Shown here piece after piece: positions 7,919 to 15,716 of a stretch of 17,657 nucleotides of DNA. The translations under genes and the position numbers were made by a program. The stretch lies in assembly GCA_038247415.1 (NCBI GenBank), contig JBBRUX010000063.1, forward strand, positions 1 to 17,657. The letters are read 5' to 3'. The notes beneath the pieces were generated by a model. It had not been told where the DNA came from, ran no database searches, and saw only the letters and a list, made by a program, of their open reading frames with translations. The stretch comes from Chitinivibrionales bacterium. Its GTDB lineage: Bacteria; Fibrobacterota; Chitinivibrionia; Chitinivibrionales; WJKA01. How positions within the stretch are numbered: the first letter of the stretch is position 1; each line of letters opens with the position of its first letter.

Positions 7919-9376
7919 GTGTTTTTTTTGAATAAGCCTTGGCATCACTGTGTCCCTCGTTTCTCAAGGTTCTTTATTGCTTTGAGCATTTTGGGATTTC
8001 CTGCCCAAGCTTTATTACAAGCATCATTATCAGATGTGTACACTGAAGATACTTTAGGTATCTATCTGCAAAAACAACGAGTCGGTACTTTTTTGCATAG
8101 CGTAGGCCCAGGATCTGCGGGAAGAATTATAGAAACCACCGAGCTTTCTATTCGTAAGGTAGCTGGCATATCTGGTCTTGACGATATAAATATGACAGAG
8201 CGTAGTGTTTATAATGATTCTGGAATCTTGATAGGCGCGTGGCAGAAGTTGTCAAGTCCTTCGGGGAAAACGCAGTGGGAGCTTATCCAGAATGCTCATG
8301 GATGGAGTTTGAGTATTGCAACGGGTGGTGTAACCACGGTAAAAAAGATTGCAGCTCCGTATGCTAGCCTTGTGCAAGAAGCTGCAATGGCACATAGAAT
8401 AAAGAATCGAAGCATTGCCAAGAATACAGAGTTTATAGATACGGCGTATGATCTAACCTCAAGCGCATTGGTGATAACCAGAAGCGTTTGTGTCAAGCTT
8501 CCTTCAGAGAACCAACCCAATTATGTATTTATGTCAACAGATGATGTTTCACGCAAACCCTGTCGCGTGGAAATAAATGTACAAGGGAAGCTTGTTTACC
8601 AGGATATTCCCCCTATGTTTTCTGCACATCGCGACAATTACGTTTCATCGGATACTACGAAACAAAGCCAAGTCATTACCGATATCTTTGATGTGGTGAA
8701 AATACCGTCTGAGCGGGTGACAGATGAGCACGATCGCATTGGGGTATCGCTAGGACGCGGAATAGATCTCGACGAAACAGTTAAGACTCTGTACGAACGA
8801 AAGGATTCCTGCTGGATTCTGATTCCGCAAGCAAAGACGTGTTCGATGCTTGGGAGTAAAGACGATCCTGCTGCTCTTAAATATTGCACTGCAACCCCAA
8901 CCATGCAAAGTAACGACAAACGAATTCGTACACTTGCACTGGCTCAAAGCAGGGGAAAATCATCTTTATGCGATATTGTGCAAAGCTTGAATACGTACAC
9001 CTATCGGACCTTGGTAAAGCGCTACACCCCAACTTTTTCGAGTGCACTCGAAACATTGAAGGCTGGATATGGCGACTGTGGCGAACATGCCGTCCTGCTT
9101 GGCGCAATGCTGCGAAGTATTGGTATTCCCGCACGCATTGTATACGGGCTCATGTATTCTTCAGCTAAAAAAGGATATTTGTACCATGCCTGGGTTATGG
9201 TGTCCATAAAGGGGAGCTGGTTTTTTGCAGATCCTGCTTTTGGAGTTTTCCCTGCCTCCACCGACCATATCCCCCTCTTGCTCGATGATAGTGGTGAGGG
9301 AATCATAAAACTGGCTGCATTTATCGATAACATTCTGGTGTTTCCTGTTTCCGAAAATTTAAGCAAAGGGCATTAG
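7919..9376 (+). CDS. Exported transglutaminase-like domain protein
   Basis: Cys-His-Asp triad motifs GDCGEHAVL, RSIGIPARIVYG, YHAWV and WFFADP. Hydrophobic N-terminus; exact start uncertain. Confidence 0.88.
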   Translation: MFFLNKPWHHCVPRFSRFFIALSILGFPAQALLQASLSDVYTEDTLGIYLQKQRVGTFLHSVGPGSAGRIIETTELSIRKVAGISGLDDINMTERSVYNDSGILIGAWQKLSSPSGKTQWELIQNAHGWSLSIATGGVTTVKKIAAPYASLVQEAAMAHRIKNRSIAKNTEFIDTAYDLTSSALVITRSVCVKLPSENQPNYVFMSTDDVSRKPCRVEINVQGKLVYQDIPPMFSAHRDNYVSSDTTKQSQVITDIFDVVKIPSERVTDEHDRIGVSLGRGIDLDETVKTLYERKDSCWILIPQAKTCSMLGSKDDPAALKYCTATPTMQSNDKRIRTLALAQSRGKSSLCDIVQSLNTYTYRTLVKRYTPTFSSALETLKAGYGDCGEHAVLLGAMLRSIGIPARIVYGLMYSSAKKGYLYHAWVMVSIKGSWFFADPAFGVFPASTDHIPLLLDDSGEGIIKLAAFIDNILVFPVSENLSKGH

Positions 9377-9377
9377 A

Positions 9378-9406
9378 TTGCCTATAATGGCAGCATGACA
9401 TATTTT
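9378..9406 (+). promoter_or_regulatory. Putative promoter for tRNA-Pro
   Basis: TTGCCT, 17-nt spacer, TATTTT, ending 17 nt before the tRNA. Confidence 0.4.
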
Positions 9407-9423
9407 TTTAAAAGTTACTCTTT

Positions 9424-9497
9424 CGGAGTGTAGCGCAGCCTGGTAGCGCACTTGGTTCGGGACCAAGTGGTCGCAGGTTCAAATCCTGTCACTCCGA
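9424..9497 (+). tRNA. tRNA-Pro (CGG)
   Basis: Cloverleaf with CGGAGTG/CACTCCG acceptor stem, CTTGG-TTCGGGA-CCAAG anticodon arm and GGTTCAAATCC T arm. CCA not encoded. Confidence 0.97.
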
Positions 9498-9631
9498 TAT
9501 CTCCTCTTTTTTTAGAGTGGTCCTACCCAGGATGTTTCCCCAAAGTGACTACTTTTTGTAAGCAAGCACGGGTAGCAAAAATCCTTAACTGGTTCATTGG
9601 CGTTTACATTTTTACACATAGGTGACCATTC

Positions 9632-10930
9632 ATGCTCAAGTCCATAAAGTCTTTTGTTTTACCAAATGGACTTACCCTTATAGTTTGTCCCAAAAACGAT
9701 GCTCCCATTATAGCAGTACAGGTGTGGTATAAGATAGGCAGCGCTGCGGAGCATGATGGCATTCGCGGAATTTCCCACGTTCTGGAACATATGATGTTTA
9801 GGGGCTCCAAAAACTTTGGGCCGCAGCAACATTCGCGTTTAATCAATGAAACCGGAGGCCATTGCAACGCATTTACCGCCGAGGATATGACAGCTTTTCA
9901 AAATTGTATCCCTACAGAATATTTTGAGCTCGCATTGCAATTAGAAGCCGATCGCATGAGCTGCCTCACGCTTGATCCTGCACTTTTTGAAATAGAACGC
10001 AGCGTGATTATCGAAGAATATCACACCTACATGAATAATCCTGTTGGTAGGGCTTTTTTAGAGTTTCGTTCGGCATTATTTGGTGACCATCCGTATGGCG
10101 TTTCCCCACTGGGAAGAGATCAAGACCTTAAAAGCATGACCTGCGAGGATGTTTCTGCATATTATAAAAAGTATTATAATCCCGATAATGCATCAATCGT
10201 TATTGTCGGCGATTTCGAATCTTCCGAGGCGGTTTACGGAAGGGTGTGCCATCATTTTGGTTCAATTCCTTCTGGATTAAACAAAGCTTCCCTCGAAAAA
10301 ATACCTGTTTTGCCGGTTTCTGCAAAAAATTCTAAACCTATGGTTCGTGTTATCGATTTTGATGTTCCGCTTCTTATTGTTGGGTTTCCCGTACCAACAT
10401 CTGCGGGAATGGCGCTTGAAATTTTACAATTGGTAATGTCTTCGGGCGATTCTGGACGTTTACACAACGTATTAGTTCGCGAGCGTGGGGTTGCTGTTTC
10501 GGTGGGGGGTATGAATCAATTCTTACACCTCTGTGGCATCTCGTTCTTTTTTGCTGCCTTTACCCCCAATGTTTCCGCAAAAAAAGTAGAATCTGTTTTG
10601 TTGCAAGAAATAGAGCGCGTTAAAACAGAACCATTGCTTCAAGGCGAGTGGGATAAAGTAAAGAATTCTGCACTAACGGGTAGAATTTTCGAGTTGTATT
10701 CATCAGAGCAAATTTGCAGTCGCCTCGGATTTTCTCATACTGTAGAGGGCAATTATCAATTATGGGTCGATCGCCTAGCTGCTTTAGATAAACTTACCCC
10801 TCAAGAACTCATGCAGACAGCCTTGGAATGCTGGTCGCAAGACAAGTGTTTTGTGCTGAGAATAAAGCCTAAGAAGGTAAAGCTGCTCTTGTATTTGGTT
10901 GGGTTGATTAGGTTGATATTTAAGAAATAA
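9632..10930 (+). CDS. M16 (pitrilysin/M16B) zinc metallopeptidase
   Basis: LPNGL, VWYKIGS, GISHVLEHMMFRGS (HxxEH), NAFT, LEADRM, ERSVIIEE, HPYG, YYNPDNA. Confidence 0.93.
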   Translation: MLKSIKSFVLPNGLTLIVCPKNDAPIIAVQVWYKIGSAAEHDGIRGISHVLEHMMFRGSKNFGPQQHSRLINETGGHCNAFTAEDMTAFQNCIPTEYFELALQLEADRMSCLTLDPALFEIERSVIIEEYHTYMNNPVGRAFLEFRSALFGDHPYGVSPLGRDQDLKSMTCEDVSAYYKKYYNPDNASIVIVGDFESSEAVYGRVCHHFGSIPSGLNKASLEKIPVLPVSAKNSKPMVRVIDFDVPLLIVGFPVPTSAGMALEILQLVMSSGDSGRLHNVLVRERGVAVSVGGMNQFLHLCGISFFFAAFTPNVSAKKVESVLLQEIERVKTEPLLQGEWDKVKNSALTGRIFELYSSEQICSRLGFSHTVEGNYQLWVDRLAALDKLTPQELMQTALECWSQDKCFVLRIKPKKVKLLLYLVGLIRLIFKK

Positions 10931-10946
10931 GAATACAATAAGATTT

Positions 10947-11108
10947 TGGGCATTCCGGCTTCGTCGTTTGGCCTCCTTCATGCTCTCGCTTTGCGAGCCG
11001 GTACAAAAATCCTTGCGATGCAAAGCGCCTGAGTCTTTTTGCACTGAGGGGTGTCACTGCAATTTCCACCCTCATATTCCGTCCTCCCTAATGTACTTGA
11101 CATAAGGT
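10947..11108 (-). repeat. Structured repeat, long copy C3
   Basis: 10948-11017 matches 12439-12508 at 68/70. Looser similarity continues through a TGAGGG../CCCTCA hairpin (11045-11074), GTCCT..CTAAT and TTGACAT-AAGGT (11097-11108). Confidence 0.9.
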
Positions 11109-11143
11109 ACAAAAGAAAAGTAGTGCGTTTAAGATTATTCTTA

Positions 11144-11191
11144 CCCCTCACTGTGTCGGAGAGGGGCCGACGGTGTACCCCGTGGCGACCA
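11144..11191 (+). repeat. Structured repeat, short copy C4
   Basis: 11168-11191 matches 12789-12812 at 22/24. It has the same GGGCCG-[hairpin]-GGCG(C/A)CCA frame as C1/C2, preceded by a CCCCTC/GAGGGG stem. Confidence 0.75.
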
Positions 11192-11246
11192 GACTGAAGA
11201 TTTACAAGTGGTTTAATAGATTACTACCCAAGCAATTTAATTCAAA

Positions 11247-12308
11247 TTACCTTTGGACTTTATTCACCAGTATCAAGGGGTAAAGCTGAGCACGATTACG
11301 GGTTTCTGATCTTTTGAAATTACCTAGTGTCATTTGTCTGCCCAAAAGGTTGAATTGCACGATCGAATAAGTGCTTGAGTTTACAGGACAGGTCTGGATA
11401 GTTGACAACATGGGCTGAACAGAAGTTGTTGGAAGAAGACCGGCTTTCTGCCATGCGCTATACCAGAGCCGCGCGAGAACTACCGAAGATCGTTGAATAT
11501 GTGCTTTGGTGAAAGGGCCGGTTAATTTCCAGAGGCTTGTATAATAAGTGTTCGGTGGGATGCCCGATCTATCCCAGCCCGAAGCTGTTTGTGCTTTATT
11601 GTCGGCGGCCATGATCGAATCCACGTATGAGTTTACATCAAGAACACAGGAAAAAATCACATCGATGGGGCGGGATAGTACCATCACAGAATCCTTCACA
11701 ATCGTGAGCTCCTGTTGAAACTGGCCGACTATCCCCGTTTCATACCGCGAGTGAATGCCTGTGTTACCGCTGAGTTGCCCATTGTAATTCACCGTTGCGT
11801 GAAGGGCGATATTGCAATCGCCGATGTAGTGCCCAAGGTCTGCGGCACTCTGATAGGCCTTTGTCCAATCGCGGCGTTTTAATTGATTAACAAGAGTATC
11901 ATACATCCAGAGAGCTGCCCATGGTACTATCCCGTTTGTCTCGATCGTAGAAAGCCCATAGCGGGCAACGGCCGAGTCGTAGTCGTGGGTGAACGTTTTG
12001 AAATTTGGGTAGTAGTCTATGTCAATAAAATGCTTCTTAGCTTCGCTTGCGTAGCTGCTTTTACGGTTATCCGCATCGGATGCATGAGCAGAAAAGTATG
12101 CCTTCTGGTCGATGAACTGCTTCATCGATGCGGGAAGATGGGTAACTGCTCCCGCGTTAATAATACTGTGGGCCGTGCCGCCCCAGCCTAAAGAAGGGCT
12201 AGCGTTAAGGGCGATTGAGATAGCGATTAGTGCTAACGTCAAGCGCGTGCGATTAGTAGGGGATGGTTGATGGCATATTCTGGATGTGCAGTCATTTTTA
12301 TGTATCAT
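11247..12308 (-). CDS. Secreted S1/P1 nuclease / zinc-dependent phospholipase C family protein
   Basis: Signal peptide then mature N-terminal WGGTAH. Motifs HASDAD.RK, HFIDID, NGIVPW, AADLGHYIGD..LHAT.NYNGQ, GIHSRYE and tail FNLLGRQ. The ATG at 12308 is preferred because the ORF-track extension to 12563 runs through repeat C5. Confidence 0.88.
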   Translation of the reverse strand: MIHKNDCTSRICHQPSPTNRTRLTLALIAISIALNASPSLGWGGTAHSIINAGAVTHLPASMKQFIDQKAYFSAHASDADNRKSSYASEAKKHFIDIDYYPNFKTFTHDYDSAVARYGLSTIETNGIVPWAALWMYDTLVNQLKRRDWTKAYQSAADLGHYIGDCNIALHATVNYNGQLSGNTGIHSRYETGIVGQFQQELTIVKDSVMVLSRPIDVIFSCVLDVNSYVDSIMAADNKAQTASGWDRSGIPPNTYYTSLWKLTGPFTKAHIQRSSVVLARLWYSAWQKAGLLPTTSVQPMLSTIQTCPVNSSTYSIVQFNLLGRQMTLGNFKRSETRNRAQLYPLILVNKVQR

Positions 12309-12437
12309 ATGAGTAGTCAGTCGAATGTGTAAAAAAGCAGGAATGGGGTATTCAATCAATCTACTATGCATTTGAAAAAATGGCAACCAAAACAATTGTA
12401 AGACAAGATATAAAATAAAAATAAATGCATAAGAATC

Positions 12438-12598
12438 CGGGCATTCCGGCTTCGCCGTTTGGCCTCCTTCATGCTCTCGCTTTGCAAGCCGGTACAAAAA
12501 TCCTTGCGGCACTGCGTGCCTGAGGCATTCAAGCCTGAATGCTTCACTCCGTTTTGCATTCACCCTCCAGTCCTGGCTAATTCGATTGACATGAAGGT
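12438..12598 (-). repeat. Structured repeat, long copy C5
   Basis: Minus-strand hairpins CGGC-GAA-GCCG (12447-12457), CTTGC-AAA-GCGAG (12476-12488), GGCAC-GCA-GTGCC (12508-12520), TGAATGC/GCATTCA (12536-12562). 68/70 identical to C3 over the core. Confidence 0.9.
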
Positions 12599-12751
12599 GT
12601 TTAAACCGTGATTTAAAGAATTATGGAATTACCGTGATTAGTTCGGACAGAAATTAAGAACGTCAAGTAATTCACCCTTCGACCCTTCGACATGCTTATC
12701 TTTAAAATAAAGAGATGCTGTATGCTACATTACTTTTAACATAATATCTCA

Positions 12752-12812
12752 GGGGGCCACAGGCTCTGCCCGCGCCTGTAAGGAGAGTCGACGGTGTACA
12801 CCGTGGCGCCCA
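12752..12812 (+). repeat. Structured repeat, short copy C6
   Basis: 16-nt identity to C2, a perfect palindrome ACGGTGTACACCGT (12791-12804), and the same GGCGCCCA end as C1/C2. Confidence 0.8.
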
Positions 12813-12863
12813 AATCAAGATCCGATTTGTTATTATTTTTTATTATTAGTTGTTTAAAAGATA

Positions 12864-12936
12864 TGGAGCAGAGGGGGTTCGAACCCCTGACCCTCAGACT
12901 GCCAGCCTGATGCTCTACCAACTGAGCTACAGCCCC
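12864..12936 (-). tRNA. tRNA-Ala (GGC)
   Basis: GGGGCTGTAGCTCAGTTGGTAGAGC..., anticodon loop CTGGCAG, G3:U70 alanine determinant, TTCGAAC T loop. U6/U67 mismatch; CCA not encoded. Confidence 0.96.
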
Positions 12937-13095
12937 AAAAATCGAAGTCTATTAATATACTTTTTAGTGATTTGTTTCCACAAGCTAGCCTGGGTCGATT
13001 TATTTTAATAAGCCTTTTTAGCACCTCGCTTGGGTAGCACACAGACTTTGGTGCACGTGATATACCTTTTATTATGCCTGTTTGGATGAAAATAT

Positions 13096-14085
13096 ATGGA
13101 TTTGTTCTTAAAGTCATTAGAAGTTTTGAGGATTTGCCTCCCCGTGTTTCTGCTTATGGGGCTAGGGCGGGAGATGAAGCGACGGGGGTGGATGAATGAA
13201 TCTCACCAGACCTTTATTAATGGGCTTATTTATAATTGTGCGCTGCCATTTTTGGTTTTTGCAGAACTTTCGCGGCAAGATTTTAGAATCTTTTTAAATG
13301 CATCGCTCTTTGTTTCGGTGGTTGTTGCCATTGCTGCATCGGCGCTGTTGTTTTTTTTAATTGCTAAGGTGCTGAGGTTTAAAGGTGCCTATGTGGGACC
13401 TTTTATTTTTGTGACGTATTGGTGCAATGGGGCATATTTGGGGTTTCCCCTTGCTGATTTTGCATTTGGTGCCGAAAAAGGCTTGGCTATTGCAGCAATT
13501 GTCAATGCGTTTACAATTCCAATTTTTGTGGGATCATCGCTGTATCTCGCTCTTTGGTCTGGCGAAAAACATGGGCCAGATTCCTCTCGACCAACATTTG
13601 TAAAGCTTTTGTTTAACCCACCGCTTATTGCAGCGCTTGTTGGAATGCTGGTTTCTTTGCTTATTACAGCCATTCGGGTTAAAGGAATTCCTATCCCTTC
13701 TCCGTTAACAACTATTGTTGTTTCGGGCCATAACTTTTTTAAATTAGGCGGGAGTATGGGGTTTCCCCTAGCTCTTATTACCATAGGGGCAGCGCTCGAG
13801 TTTAAAAGTTTTTCGGCGTATCGTTTGCCCATCTTTTTATCAACCGTGGGCAAGCTTGTTGTTTCTCCATTTATTACGTTTGCTGTTTTTTATTTCTTTT
13901 TTCCCGATGCTCCAAAAGAAGTGCGTGGTGTTGCGGTGCTTCTTATGGCAACACCCAGTGCCGTGGCAAGTTATATTATTACTCGTCAATTAAAAATCGG
14001 AGAAGATTTTACCGCTGCAGTTCTGGTTATTTCCACCATTGCAAGTATTGTGACAATACCGGTGTGGCTGTTTTTTCTGATTTAG
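13096..14085 (+). CDS. AEC (auxin efflux carrier) family transporter
   Basis: About 10 TM segments. Motifs LPVFLLMGLG, ALPFLVF, NGAYLGFPL, NPPLIA, PLALITIG, KLVVSP, ATPSAV. Confidence 0.92.
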   Translation: MDLFLKSLEVLRICLPVFLLMGLGREMKRRGWMNESHQTFINGLIYNCALPFLVFAELSRQDFRIFLNASLFVSVVVAIAASALLFFLIAKVLRFKGAYVGPFIFVTYWCNGAYLGFPLADFAFGAEKGLAIAAIVNAFTIPIFVGSSLYLALWSGEKHGPDSSRPTFVKLLFNPPLIAALVGMLVSLLITAIRVKGIPIPSPLTTIVVSGHNFFKLGGSMGFPLALITIGAALEFKSFSAYRLPIFLSTVGKLVVSPFITFAVFYFFFPDAPKEVRGVAVLLMATPSAVASYIITRQLKIGEDFTAAVLVISTIASIVTIPVWLFFLI

Positions 14086-14132
14086 TTTTTTGATGTTGTG
14101 CTCTTTATTCCAGATTTTTGAGAGGACCTTGT

Positions 14133-15716
14133 GTGAATTTTCGACAGGAAACGTTGAGACGTAGAACTTTTGCGATTGTATCTCACCCCGATGCGGGAAA
14201 GACTACTTTAACCGAAAAATTACTGCTCTATGGTGGAGCAGTGCAGGCAGCAGGCGCTGTATCGGCTCGGAAAAAAGAGCGGGGAACCGTTTCGGATTGG
14301 CTAGAAATAGAACGGACCCGCGGTATTTCGGTAAGCTCTACCGTCTTGTATTTCGATTATGAAGGTTACCACATTAATCTTCTTGACACTCCAGGACATA
14401 ACGACTTTTCTGAAGATACCTACCGGGTACTGATGGCCGTGGATGCGGTTATCATGGTGATTGATGGGGGAAAGGGCATCGAAAAACAAACCAAAAAGCT
14501 TTTTGAAGTGTGTAGACGACGCAAAATCCCTGTTTTTACTTTTGTCAATAAAATGGATCGTCCCTCGCTCGATACTCTTGCCATACTTGACGAAATTGAG
14601 AGTGTTCTAAAAATCAAAGCATGCCCTATCAACTGGCCATTAGGATCGGGTTACGATTTTAAGGGAGTTTGGGATAGAAGAACAAAATTGGCGCATCTGT
14701 TCGAGCGAACTGTTGGTGGTGCGTATCGTGCTCCGGTGCAAACCTATGGCCTTAACGATCCGGCAATGCAGGAAATTTTGGGTGAGAATACCTATAAAAG
14801 GGTTGCCGAAGAGCTTGAAGTTATAGAGCATGCCGGCTCCGATCTTAACCTCGAGGATATTGCAAGCGGAGTCACAACCCCTGTTTTTTTTGGAAGTGCG
14901 GTTAACAATTTTGGTGTTCAGCTCATGCTCGATGGCTTTATAGAGTTTTCGCCGCCGCCTCAGCCACGCACTGCCCAAGGGATAATCGTAGATCCCGAAG
15001 CCGATTTTTTTTCTGGTTTTATATTTAAAATCCAGGCAAATATGGATCCTCGCCATCGCGATCGTATGGCATTCATGCGTATTGTCAGTGGTAAATTTAC
15101 GCGCGATATGCCTGTTACGCATGTGCGCACGCAAAAGAAAATCAGGCTTTCTAATTCGAGTAATGTATTTGGCAAAGATAGAATCTCGGTTGATGAAGCG
15201 TATCCAGGAGATGTAATTGGCGTTATTGGAGGAGATTTTTTTGGAATAGGGGATACGATAAGCGAAAATCCAGCTATTACCTATGCAGAAATTCCTCGCT
15301 TTGCCCCAGAAAGTTTTGTTTACATACGCAACCCGCTTCCCTCAAATGATAAGCGCTTTCAAAGTGGAATAAAGCAATTGGTGCAAGAGGGGTTGGTTCA
15401 TTTATTCGAAAATGTCAATAGCGGACAAAAAACGTATTTGCTCGGTGCCGTGGGCCCTTTACAATTTGATTTGGTAAAATATCGACTTGAGGCAGAATAT
15501 TCGGCAACATCCACAATCGAAAGCGCCTCGTGGGCACTGGCTCGCTGGATCGTTAATCCTTTGCAGGATATATCCTCGATGCAAATACCCTATGGTGCAA
15601 TATTTGTTAAGGATAAAGACGGCAGAAATGTTCTGCTGTTTGAGCGCGAAGCACATGTGCGGTATTTTAGCGATAATAACAAATCAATAGAACTTTCGGA
15701 TGCCCCATTAGGGTAG
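14133..15716 (+). CDS. prfC: Peptide chain release factor 3
   Basis: RRRTFAIVSHPDAGKTTLTEKLLL, DTPGHNDFSEDTYR, NKMD, FKIQANMDPRHRDR, GAVGPLQF. The GTG at 14133 after GAGAGG is preferred over the TTG at 14118. Confidence 0.97.
   Translation: MNFRQETLRRRTFAIVSHPDAGKTTLTEKLLLYGGAVQAAGAVSARKKERGTVSDWLEIERTRGISVSSTVLYFDYEGYHINLLDTPGHNDFSEDTYRVLMAVDAVIMVIDGGKGIEKQTKKLFEVCRRRKIPVFTFVNKMDRPSLDTLAILDEIESVLKIKACPINWPLGSGYDFKGVWDRRTKLAHLFERTVGGAYRAPVQTYGLNDPAMQEILGENTYKRVAEELEVIEHAGSDLNLEDIASGVTTPVFFGSAVNNFGVQLMLDGFIEFSPPPQPRTAQGIIVDPEADFFSGFIFKIQANMDPRHRDRMAFMRIVSGKFTRDMPVTHVRTQKKIRLSNSSNVFGKDRISVDEAYPGDVIGVIGGDFFGIGDTISENPAITYAEIPRFAPESFVYIRNPLPSNDKRFQSGIKQLVQEGLVHLFENVNSGQKTYLLGAVGPLQFDLVKYRLEAEYSATSTIESASWALARWIVNPLQDISSMQIPYGAIFVKDKDGRNVLLFEREAHVRYFSDNNKSIELSDAPLG

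Noticed and set aside
10784..12559. ORFs 10784-11044 and 12356-12559 share the peptide RKDFCTGxQSESMKEAKRRSRNA, suggesting paralogous small proteins
   Set aside because: The similarity is just the translation of repeats C3 and C5. Variation between copies preserves base-pairing, and one ORF overlaps the M16 gene antisense.
12309..12563. 85-aa N-terminal extension of the nuclease in the ORF track
   Set aside because: It runs through repeat C5 and AT-rich intergenic DNA. The signal peptide and mature Trp fit a start at 12308.
1..12812. Repeats as a CRISPR array, integron attC sites or a DGR template/variable pair
   Set aside because: There is no regular repeat-spacer period and no cas genes. 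There is no RYYYAAC...GTTRRRY single long hairpin and no integrase. There is no reverse transcriptase, and the differences are not adenine-specific.
12864..12936. tRNA-Ala as the attB of an integrase-type island
   Set aside because: I found no duplicated tRNA 3' end and no integrase in the window. The single U6/U67 mismatch is not enough to call it a pseudo-tRNA.
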